This document shows, piece by piece, positions 39,001 through 50,200 of a stretch of 64,000 bases of DNA. The DNA comes from Botryllus schlosseri. Lineage: Eukaryota. Position numbers and translations under genes: made by a program. The DNA lies in assembly GCA_051294905.1 (NCBI GenBank), contig CM119378.1, forward strand, positions 12,524,001 to 12,588,000, given 5' to 3'. Under the pieces are notes generated by a model. The model saw only the letters and a list, made by a program, of their open reading frames with translations. It made no database searches and was not told the origin of the DNA. Each line of letters starts with the position of its first letter. Positions within the stretch are counted from its first letter, which is position 1.

Positions 39001-42000
39001 AATTTAGCAACGATAGAATACGAAGACGCGATCGGCAATAGAGATTTCGCGATGTCGGCCAGCGAAATATCTACAAAGTCACAATAAAAAAAAATTTCAG
39101 TCGACAACATCGAAAAAAGTTTACAAAGACACCTCACCCATGGACGAGTCCAGGACGAAACGCCGGGGTCCGTATTTATCCTCGGGCGGCTTCACCGAAA
39201 TATAAATTCCCTCGTTACCCAGCAGGACAGACACCAGGTCACGGATCACTTCCTGTTCTTGTGTGCGATAGTCGAAAGATCCAATAGACGCGGTCTGTGA
39301 AGCATGATAGCTACTTGCGTAACGTAGACATGATCAACGAGACTTGACTTGACATGCATAAGATGTCGATTACGATGTTGATACTTTCAAATCCAAATCA
39401 AGCAATGTGGAATTCATCCGGAGGTTGATTGGAAGTTCCAAATTATCGGTCATAATCCCAATCCAGTTTTGAAAAAATTGTAAATCCAATCCACCCACTT
39501 TTCATACCATCCATTTTCTATTTTCATTCCAAGTAGTTTTGGCATGTGTTGGAAATCGCTACTTATACTTGTAATTGAGTGTAAATTTACAGCAGTACCC
39601 TCAGCTTCTACTTGAGTAGCAAATCTAGGAGGTGCCAAGTAACTCAACTAATGCACCTGTATTTTCTACTTCTTTAAAGAGCTTCTTGAAGGCGCAGAGC
39701 TTCAATGTACAATTGAGAAGTATATTCATATTGAAATGAACACGAATACGGTTGTTGATATACAGCGTTCATTCCAATTCTCTACTAGTTGCTGACGATT
39801 ACCCCTGACGAAAGTCAGCTGAAAATATTCGAGTTCATTTCAATATGAATATACTGTTCAACTATATATGTCTTTCCTAAATTGCTGAATTACCGGCTGA
39901 GGTGAGGCAGAACTGTAGATGAAGTCGTACGATAAATATTTCCGTCCGTTGCCGGCCACCATCCAGTTCGGTATCACCGGTATCGGGTGTTGCCGCGGCC
40001 TCCTTGCGTTGTGCTGTTCCCGCAGAGACTTTCGAAACGCCTCCAGAGACGGGAACATGCCCATTTTCGATCGGTCGTCCGTCGCCTTTCGCAGCATATT
40101 CTTCAGCTGGAATGGCAAGGCGGGTAAAATATTACCCGAACTACCCAGCATGGAACCGTTAGTTTTTAATGACGTGATATCGCGAAATCATTGCAGCATA
40201 GAGAGCACAAGTGACATTACAAGCACCCGGTTGAAATAAATTATCATTTTTTTAATTCTATTGCAGTTGCTCTGGCAATTTAGCATAGTCGTAAATTAAC
40301 ACCCCCACCCCCAACCCCCATATCTAGCACAGACCTTACTATATCACGTACTACACGTCGTGCATGCTATCGTAACTATATATTAGTTATGCAATGCTTG
40401 TATGACGTCAGTCTCTCGTTTGAATGCTATTACGATTGCTGAAGCCGTATAAGCTTGAGGGGAATAGTGATGTTAGGCTCAAGACAATAGCTTATTTTAA
40501 ACAACAACAATATTTTTAAACTGAAATCAATTTCAACATTTCAAAATGCGTCTACGTAGCATTCAGAAATCTCAAATCAGATCGCAGGCCGCAAAATATG
40601 ATCTCGCGAGTCGTGTGTTGGTGACCCCTGATCTAAGTATTACTGAAATATCACGGAAAAGTCAGTGAGCATTAGTGTCAATGAACAATTGACAATACTT
40701 TGCAAGCAATAACCGTTTATCATGGTTACGAAGTTGTTTGGCGCCATTTCGTGAATAATCCGAGTAAGATATGTTAACGGCCAAATACACGTTGGGTGTA
40801 ACATGCTCTTTGCCACGGCCAACTGTCCGAAAATGCAGTCAAATGTTAACAATATGGCTAGGAAAACATACAATAACAACGCATACGATTCACCAACCTC
40901 TGACAATTCTTTATTGTCGACCCTCGTCCCAGATGCTGGCAATGTGATGTTGGAGACCCCGTCGATCGTTGGCTTCACCGGGATCATCTTCTGTGCCTCG
41001 CCACGGTCCTCTGCATTCTTCGTCAACATGCCGTGCACGCCGGGGCTGGCGTTAATGCTCGACAACAGATGGACGGCCGCATCCAAATTTCGCGTGCTGG
41101 ACATTAGAAGTTGTATGTGAGTGTTGTGCTTAACATGCGCACAAAACAAAATTTACTTTTTCGACTTCAAATCTTCATATCTGTTCAGGAATTCGGTGGG
41201 TTTGGAGGCTTTTTCGCAGACTTCCCTGGCAGCGTTGCGGGATGCAACCTAAAATTATGCACACAAATGGATTTGTTCTTAATGCGACGACATATAACCG
41301 AAATTAAGGACATCCGAATATGAAAAACAGGTCATCAATCACTACATTCCAACTGGTAATGAGCCTGTAATTAAGGGTTCTTGAAGTGCTATGGTGACAT
41401 ATACTGTTAACCCTTTCAGAGATCAAAAAGGTTGAGACTCAATGAAAGACCTAGGCCATGAGCGAAGAAATTTGCAAGCAACTAGTCTGGTTACTGTATT
41501 AAAACATATTCAAGAACGCGTGCAGGCAGCCTACTTGAGCAATCAGTTCAAGTAGAAGACATTCACAGCTAATCAGCAATAGCAGTAAACAGTATACCAA
41601 AAGTGCATCCTAGTAAACATCACGGTAAACCAAAGCTATTGCGCAGACACATCAAATTATACTTAGAGTTCTACTTGAACGTACCGCCAATTCATGAGCA
41701 AACCACTTCGTCGGAGACTTCTTGGTTGACTGACAAATAAACATCAACGTCGATACAATGAACCAATAACTGTGCTCAACACTGACACCCAGATGTCCAA
41801 ATACCATGACTTGATTGAATTATGCATAGTCGACTTCATCACAGCAATATAATATTTGTGAAAATAGCTATTCACTATATACTGGACGCCAAAAAAGAAA
41901 CTACAATTGAGGTGACTGTGCTGGATTCAAAAGAAAACTGATGTGACAATGTATATATATATATAGTTTTGGAGGCAGATTACCGCTGTGGTTATCAGAA

Positions 42001-43675
42001 TCTCTTTGAGGTACAAGGATTGCAACACAAAACACAAGTATGCCCACTGCCCGGTGTCGACAGTTACTATTACAGGCAGAGCGAAAATCGTGGACATTGT
42101 TAACCAGAAAATTTGATAGCTTCCTCATGACGAAATTTTCATCAACTAGATCAGTGGTTCCCAACCTTTTTCGTCTCATCGCCCCCTTTTCAAACTCCAC
42201 ACCGATAATCGCCCCCCAAATATTGGGAACCGACAAATGAGCATACAGACTGAAATCACCGGCGAGTTGACTAAGAAAAAAAGTCAACTTTTCAACTCAA
42301 CCTCGAAATTACACTTTTCCAGCTAAATTTTGGTGAGTTGACTCCTAAAAAAGGTGATTTCTCCGACTTGATTCCAAAAGACCCGTAACAGTACTTCGTC
42401 AGCTCCCCCCCCCTAATACGTTGGTCTTGACCCCCTCCATAGGGCGATAATGCAAACTTCTGCACCCCTCAGACCAGACTCCCCCGATACCTCTTTACCG
42501 CTACTTCTCAGCACAAATTGTTGGACTCTGTAGTTGGTCGGCCTAACTCGCGCTTCGAAAAAATTCTATCATTCATGATTGAATCAGTCAAATTGATCGG
42601 GAATTGAATATATATTGCTGTCAATTTTTATCCTCTGTCTACTCATGTATTCTGATTTACGGGTAAAGCTGAGTGAAGTGTCTTGGAAAATGTAGGGCCC
42701 GTAAATAATAATTGAACAAAAATGAACATATTCGGGTGGACCCGTGGGTATAATGAATTCGTTACGTAATGACATTTCGTGACCTGTCTGCTATGTCAAG
42801 AGATATTCAAATCGCCTATACGTACTAAACTAACAGACGCACACGATTTCAAATTGGTATTTCTGCACTGCTGGCAATCAATTTTTTTTTGCGAGATGGC
42901 ATTTATTGTGGGGTTCTGATTGGCAGGACAGGAACATTTGGCGCCAGCCATTTAGGTGCCTACGGACAATTAAATATATATGTATATCGTATATATATCG
43001 AAGTCGGTCAGCAGAGGGGCAGTCCTTTTCCGCCAAGGTTTTCTCGTTCTGGCACACTTCTCGGAGTCGCATGTTACATGTCCTGAAACTTCATATGTCT
43101 TGGTGCGTCATGGTGTGATAATGGCTGACGTCGAGATGCCCATTACTATACCTCATGCGTATTACTTCTTGGAGGAAGGGTATCCAACAAGCAAGAAACA
43201 TGTGACCACGAAATGACGCGCAGTGCGAAAATGTTTTGAAAAAGTTGCCTAAATTTCCAAATAATACTCTATAATTAATGTCAATTCACAAAAAAAATTG
43301 TGGGCCCCCTTCGAGCTCGCCCCCCCCACCCATCCCAATTAGGCGTTTGGGTGTGGCAGTTACGGTCATGGACGCTAATATAGCAATCGCCCCCTTTGTC
43401 CATTTTCGCCCCCCTGGACCGACAAATCGCCCACGTTGGGAACCACTGAACTAGATGGATGATAAACCAAATCTATTGAGACATACCTGTGTCGTTGTAA
43501 AAGGCGACTTATTTTGCAGTAAGTTCTCCGTGTGCTCCTCCGCCTTACCTTTGTCAACTCTGCAAGACATAACATCATCAGCTATTACAAAACCAAACTC
43601 AAGCTAATCCGGCACATACTTCAAAAGCTGCAGAATCCGATTTACGTTGTGATGGACTCGAAATTCGTCGCTCAT
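27057..43675 (-). CDS. TUBGCP2: Gamma-tubulin complex component 2, complete, 22 exons, 893 aa
   Basis: Exons: 43675-43620, 43559-43487, 41248-41157, 41096-40898, 40106-39894, 39294-39138, 39070-38993, 38829-38762, 38237-38038, 37817-37731, 37398-37251, 37190-37056, 36388-36226, 36171-36084, 35435-35362, 35300-35179, 34592-34486, 33706-33586, 33522-33379, 33312-33190, 31916-31753, 27126-27057. Total 2682 nt, all phases compatible. GCP2 motifs: [77 protein letters not shown]. Confidence 0.95.
28793..29983. mobile_element. Buster-type hAT element, 1191 bp, nested in the piggyBac-like element
   Basis: TIRs CAGGGGTGGGCAAACT / AGTTTGCCCATCCCTG; exact TSD GGGTATAT. Confidence 0.92.
28971..29246. 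mobile_element. Buster-type MITE, 276 bp, nested in 28793-29983
   Basis: TIRs CAGTGGTTCT / GGTAACCACTG; TSD TTCTAAGA/TTCTAAGG; contains a G19 run at 29199-29217; related to 56842-57140. Confidence 0.88.
30798..31360 (-). mobile_element. 5'-truncated Penelope-like element: GIY-YIG endonuclease plus terminal repeat
   Basis: Frame reads [37 protein letters not shown]...AICKHLL...[22 protein letters not shown]. This has the VVY/YVG, Arg and Glu catalytic positions and the C-x-C...H...H pattern of PLE endonucleases. GTGGTGAGT is repeated on both flanks. Confidence 0.85.
30829..30864 (-). ncRNA. Candidate minimal type-I hammerhead ribozyme in the PLE terminal repeat
   Basis: Minus strand ACCG-CTGACGA-GTGTCGGCC-GAAA-ATAT-TC-GGGT. 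Both core boxes are present, helix III is the palindrome AATATT, helix II is minimal, and helix I pairs 3 of 4. Confidence 0.5.
32496..32914. mobile_element. hAT MITE (GACTCGAGTC family), 419 bp
   Basis: TIRs CAGGGTTGTAA / TTACAACCCTG; exact TSD CTTTTTAA; internally deleted relative to 18029-18624. Confidence 0.9.
34859..35066. mobile_element. Short hAT MITE of a family with CAGAGGTGGTCA ends and AAGTAG/AAGTAC repeats
   Basis: CAGAGGTGGCCA...TGACCACATCTG; flanks AATGCAGT/AATATAGT (6 of 8 match). Other ends or remnants near 25810, 36840, 51070, 59280 and 63726. Confidence 0.6.
39720..39854 (+). mobile_element. Solo PLE terminal-repeat fragment bounded by a 22-bp inverted repeat, containing the hammerhead-like core
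   Basis: GTATATTCATATTGAAATGAAC ... GTTCATTTCAATATGAATATAC. The interior is the reverse complement of 30810-30918. Core ACCC-CTGACGA-AAGTCAGCT-GAAA-ATAT-TC-GAGT at 39801-39834. Confidence 0.75.
42152..43448. mobile_element. Buster-type hAT element, 1297 bp, in TUBGCP2 intron 2
   Basis: TIRs CAGTGGTTCCCAAC / GTTGGGAACCACTG; exact TSD AACTAGAT. Confidence 0.92.
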
Positions 43676-44282
43676 GACTGACCTACGACTTATCTATACA
43701 GTGATCTGAAATAGGGAGATAATTCATTGCATATGAGGCTCGCAGAGTCAACGGAAACGAAGAACAGGATAGAATATTAAAACGCCGACAAGATTCATGC
43801 ACAATCGGAACTGATAACAAATATAAATCTATCGTCAGATGCGGGTTGAGTAGTCATCGAAACTGCCAGAAACCAGTTACTACTCGGAAAAAATGGAAAT
43901 ACCGAAAGTACATGGCTCCAAAAACTGACGGTACCGGTACTAATGACGATCAAAACTGAATAAAAATATAAACTCATTATTAGGCTATATCACATTAATG
44001 TACCGCATAATTCAAAAACTGTTTGAAGACAAAGATACCACTTTGCTGACACTAATAATAATCAAAAGCGATTTAAAACACATGCACATCATCACATCGC
44101 AATACTGCACCCAGAATTGAACATTAAATGCCGTTTCGTTCAGCATACAATAGCGTGAAGTCTGCAAAATTTCACAATGAGGTATATCAATTTCCAAATA
44201 CAGCAAAAAACCGACTCGCAAGTCCACCGAGAAAGAATTCAAAATCAATTGCATATCACAAAGCGGTCGAACGGGCTGAAAT

Positions 44283-47200
44283 TCAAAATCCCTCCAATCT
44301 CAAAACCCAAATCCAATCGTTCGGTATCTGTTTCGGCGGCAGGCTGTCCAATTGCACAGAAATTCCGGTCGTTTTCAACAGGTTCCATTTCAGAGGCGTC
44401 GTAGTGCCCACCATCGTAACGTTGGCGGCATTGGAAATCGGCTGGGCTGATCCGAGCACCAGTGACCCCGATTGCGGCCAATCGAAAAAGAAGGCGTAGA
44501 TATTCTTCGCTTTTGCGGTATACCTGGAAAAGAGCAGCGGAATATTCCTGATTAGTGCACAGCAAAGTGAGACCTCTAGAACAAAAGCCTATAAATTCTT
44601 ATAGAACATACTTTGATCATGAATAGGGTAGACCGTGTCTTAAAAATGCACCACTAGCTTCCACCAGAAATTTCAGCGACGTAGCCTAATTAGTTGATGT
44701 GCAACTCTCAGGAGGTACTTCATCACACAACAAATTAAAATATCCGATATCATATCATATATATCTAATAACACCTGATAAAACTATTTAATGATCTGGT
44801 TACATCCAACTGAATACTCTAAATATGGCTCGAATCGCATCAGCATCAGTCATAATATTAGCCGTCATTATTGAGGGATGCATAAATTTAAACAATACTT
44901 TGGCTGATTTTGTAGCATTGCTCTCACTCTTGCAGAGAGTGTTGAAGGACAGATTCAAGCTAATGGATCGCAATATGCATAATGTCGTGACCACACTATT
45001 GTATTTTCATAACGGACTATTGCTTTATTAAAGTAAAGGTAACCAATGTATGTGGCTTTCGGCAACATTAAACAGCAACCGACAGCACGGAAAAGAAAAG
45101 AATGGCATGGCAATGATAAGGCAACAGCGCGCTTATTGCTAAATTACAGATCGCCACACATAACCTCACGACAGTTGCATAAAAAGAATCAAGTACGGCT
45201 GAATCACAAAAAATACAACGTATGACAGTGGTTCTCAACCTTTTTCACCTCGCGGACCGGTAAAATTTCCAAAAATAGTCGGCGGACCGGCGGGTCTTCG
45301 AAAACTGAAATCAACCCAAAATATAATTACGAAAAGGATCACTTTTTCCCAAATTGGGCAATATATTCTCCTATTTCAGATTTATATACCTTCCGAAGAC
45401 TAGAACAAGGTCCCTTGGGCCGTGAAAACGAGTAATGATGCTGGCTCAGGCCTACATAACCGGTAGCACCATCATGACATCGCAGTTTGTGGTCTGCTAT
45501 GACCCGATATGCCTAACTTTTTCAGAGAAAATCAATATCTCCCTGATTTTTTAACCGCTGATCCTCAAGAAGGCATCAGAGAGTCAGGATATATCAGTGA
45601 GGAGGCGTGGTACACAGCAGGTCGCCAACTTCATTCCTACCAAAAATTAACCAAATATCGAAAACAAATGTATATATTTGTATGGGTAATGACATGATTG
45701 CACCCCACCACCCCCTCATAAAGCACAACACAGCACAGAAATAGTGCTTTGGCATATTCTGTCATCTACCGGCACCGGCATACTAAACCTCACAATACCT
45801 TGCATTCCACGCCTGAGATGTAAAATCACTGAAATATGACGAAACTTCCGACTGAACATTAGGAAGCACAAAGCCTAATTTGATTATGAAATGGCGATAA
45901 ATCTCCGAAAGTAACACAAGGTGCTTTGCTAACGACACAAGTACAGACGACCTTTCCTACACGTAGGAAATAACTTGAAACTATACGTGCACGGTGTTTT
46001 CAAATTATCATGATAATTTCAGTTACAAACATCAATACGGTTGTAATTGAATGTGGTGCCCAATTCAAAGAATCAATGCAAGTCATCAATGACGACAACA
46101 TGAGGAGGAATCATCATCTTCTGGAGTTTATCTTTATGCCGTAGCCTGCAGTGCCGTAGCCATCCCTTCCAAATGGAGAATGTAAACTTCAAGTTAATGA
46201 GCAATTTGTTCCTGTCTCTTCGATATTATTCGTGTTATACGTGGTTCAATTGAAGTTTCTGCTAGGCGAAGTACAGCAGCGACATCCACACGATTTCTCT
46301 GTTTGGTCATGATGAGGGATAATGATGAAAAGCTTTTTTCGGATAGGTATGTTGTGCAAAAAGTCAGCAGTAATTTCATAGCTTTATCACTGAGCTCGGG
46401 ATATTCATTTTTCAGTGATATCCAAAACTGTGACAACGGCTCGTCTTTACACTTAGACATCAGGGTTGCATCACAGGAAAGCTCAATTAGCGATTCTTTC
46501 TCAATATTGTTAAGATTACACTCATTAATGTCGGTTGTAAAAGGATTAACAATCCAGTGATTTCCCTTTCGCGGGTCAACACTTTCTGGAAAATCTTTGT
46601 CAAAACTGACCTGTACCTGCTCTAAGTGTTGACGTATGATAGCAAATAACTCCTGTGTGTCTACAGAAGCATTGGAAACGGCGTCTTCCAAAGAGGGAAA
46701 CATATCAATATCATCTTTCTCAACATTGCTCTTCTAAAACATCAGTTTGCGTTTGAGGGAGGCATCGGTTTTGTTACGCAGCGTAAATATGTTGGTGTGA
46801 TTTCCTTGCAACGACTTATTCAGGTCATTCATGCGGCTGAATATGTCTGCTAAATACGCAAGCTTTGCGATCCACATCTCATCTGATAGGAGTTCTTTTA
46901 GTGGAGAATTTCCCTCCAACAGAAACTGCTTGACTTCCTCCCTCAACTCAAATAGTCGAGTGAGAACACGTCCTCTCGAGAGCCACCTTACTTCTGCATG
47001 AAGTAAAAGATGTTGATGTTGCGCTCCCAGGCTATCACACAAAGCCTCAAAAAGCCTTGAATGCAATGCTCGGCCACGTATATAATTTATAATTCTCTCT
47101 GCTACGTTCAGAACTTCGGTCAATTCAGTAGACATTTTTTTGGCACATAAATTTTCCCTGTGAAGAATGCAATGTGTAACGAGCAGATCCGTGTTTGCCA

Positions 47201-50200
47201 CTTTTTTAATTTTCGCAGTTACACCGAATAGCATCCCGTCATGTTAGCAGCACCGCCAGTACAAGCACTGACGCATCTTTCCCAATACAAACCTTGTTCT
47301 TGGACATAAGTATCGAGAGATCGAAATAATTCTGAACTGGTCGTTCGTCCAGGTAGTTTCGGGGAACAAAGAAATTCGTCAATGATACTACCTTCATGTT
47401 CATATCGAACAAAGCAAGCAAGTATTGCACAATTACTCAAATCCGTAGATTCGTCAAGTTGTATAGCAAAATATTTCGAATTGTTTACTTGCTCAATAAC
47501 TTGTTGTTCCACATCAACTGCCATATCCAATATTCTCCTTTGAATTGAATCATTTGATAGTGGTATGGCTTTAAGTTTGTTAGCTAGTTCCGGACCCAAA
47601 ACCTCTTTCGCAGCTGCTAACAGGCATGGTTTTATTAAATCTTCTCCAATAGTAAAAGGCTTTTTCGCTTTGCTAATTAGGAGGGCAATTATATAAGATG
47701 ATCTGAGAAGATGTTTATCAGTAGCTGTCATCTTTTGTAAATCAATTCTTTCATTTTAAACTTTGTACAGCAGCCTTTTAAAATAAGAAACAGGCTTCCC
47801 AACGAGGTCAGCATGCAGTGAGTGAAAATGTCGAGTAAGCTTTGAAGGTTTCATGGCGTCGTTTGAAAGTATTTTGTTACAAACCAAGCACATGGGAAGT
47901 GGTGCTTTTTCACTGCTTGGAGCAATAGCAAATCCGAGCTCCAAGTACTTTACTATCTTACTGCCTTGTGAAGTCAACTTTTCACTTCTTGCTTTCTGGG
48001 TAAGCCGTATCAGCATTGCCCGATCGCTTCACGCTAGGTGGTAAATTTGAAGTACATCCTTCCTCTGTGCTGGTAGACCCTTTAACTTCAATTTGATTGC
48101 TGGCCTTCGCTCGAAAGAAATGCTCAATACATTTCTGTTTGCTACACTCCATAATAATGTCAATATTCACTAAATTGAACGGTCAAATTTCGTTACATTT
48201 TGCTCAAAGTCTTCTTAGCCTTCACATACAACTGGTCTTGGAAGTTCGACACTTACAGGTCAAACAATTGTTTGTACACAACAATTCATATCTGTACCAG
48301 CAGCATGTGTTGTGATCATTGACGCCGGACGCAGGTAGGCTACGTATACCGCGCATACCCAGACAAGGTTTTGGGTATGCAGTTACCCTGAATTCCGCTA
48401 GGCATGTAAACGCCTAAACTAGCTGGTGACTTGCGCGAATTAGAAATAAGCAATTTATTTCTTTTCCATACTGCTGCTCAGGTGAGAGATTAGCACCAAG
48501 ACATTGATCGAACGCAAGTAATGATGGAAATGCGAAACGCTATGCGAAGCGACCAAGAACTCGATATTAAAGATTTGTTGTGATTGCTATGTGCTGTGTA
48601 GTAATATGACATCTGACGCGCCGCCGGAACTATCGCTTCTGTGGCAATTGTGTTGTCATACTGACTCCCAAGACGGAATTGATAATTACCTCACCTCGCT
48701 GTTTTGCAGTTGTATTTTCATCACTACGTTACACAGGATATACTACAAACGTATCGAAATTGATTCCCCGTATTCGAGATGTTGGCTACTGATGTGAGTC
48801 GGTTGAAAGGCATTTGCTAAATAAGTTACTACTATGAAGTTATTGTTTCATCACCTTGCATCTTGAGATCAGGATATAAAATTGAAATATGTCTCGCGGA
48901 CCGGCAAGAATGTCGCCGCGGACCGGTGCCGGTCCGCGGACCGGCGGTTGAGAACCACTGATGTATGACACAATGTATCAATCACATATGGCAATTATTT
49001 TTTTAAAGCTCTAAACCCGCTTTTTTCTGTCAGTCAAGACATAAAAGTATACGGTATACACTCGGCAACATTAGCCCTCTACACCATTGCTCACCACACT
49101 CCAGCAGTGACCGAGTCGTTCTGATGTTTCCAAGGCACGGACGAGTAAACCGCTTCGCCGACGACGCCGAGCCACTGTCCCACTTGGGTCAGCCTCTCTT
49201 CGAAAATCGGCACAATCGTTCCCTCCTTAGTGGGTCCGATGTTCATGAGCATATTGCCGCCACAACTTATCGTCGATACAAAAGTCTGAAAATTATTCAT
49301 TAAAACTTTATGGTACGAAATACTCTATTCAGAAAGCCACAAGGCCAGTATTACTACTCAAGTAGCAGCAGAAGCAACACTGTGAATAGTTTCAAAAAGT
49401 GGGTTCGGTCGAGTAATCGCATACTTTTAGCATAAAATAGGAAGTGGATACTTTCAAAACTGCATGATGCATCTTCGCTGCGAATGCAGATGACCAAGAA
49501 CAGTGCGATAGGTGTAATGTCTGATTCTTTATTCTGATTTGACGCTATTTCTCATTATTTTTATGGCAATTTTACCATACAATTGATGCAACCATATCCC
49601 ATACATTCTACTTCAGTGGTTCCCAACCTTTTTGTCTTCATTCCCCACTTCAGATTTATTCCGACCCTTCATTCCCCACCAGGACCGTAACAGCACTTTT
49701 GTCAGCCCAGCCAAAAAAACGTTGGTCTTGGGCCCCGAGAACCCCCTCAGCCCCGCTGAGCCTGTAAGCTTTTTTCTGCAACTTATCAGTTACATTGGGT
49801 CTACTGTTTAGTGCGTCGCCTTATTTCGACTAAACGCGCGAAGCGCGAAAAATTTATATAATTTGTGTTTGCATCGGCCAATACGATCGGGAATTGCATA
49901 TATTTTGCTATCAATTTTCCCCTCTCTGCTCACGTAATCAGATTTGCCGGTAGAGCTGAGTGAGGTGTGTTGGAAAAGGTAGGACCCCTAAATATGAATT
50001 GAAGATCTTCGGGCGGTCCCGTTGGTATATTGACTTCGTTACATTATGCTATTTCGTGACCTTCTATGTGCTATATCGAAAGATATGGAAATCGCCAAAA
50101 CTAAAAGGCACACACGATTTCAAATTGGTATTGCTTTACTGCTGGCAAATGATTTTTCCCTGCGGGATGGCATTTGTCCTGTGGGGTTCAGATCGCCAGA

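Noticed and set aside
33389-41149. ORFs 33389-33865, 35135-35485, 37865-38251, 39858-40151 and 40640-41149 as separate genes
   Set aside because: Alternative frames or intron read-through extensions of TUBGCP2 exons.
41400-41870. Decayed LINE endonuclease (VGDF-like text near 41710)
   Set aside because: Only a four-residue resemblance amid many stops.
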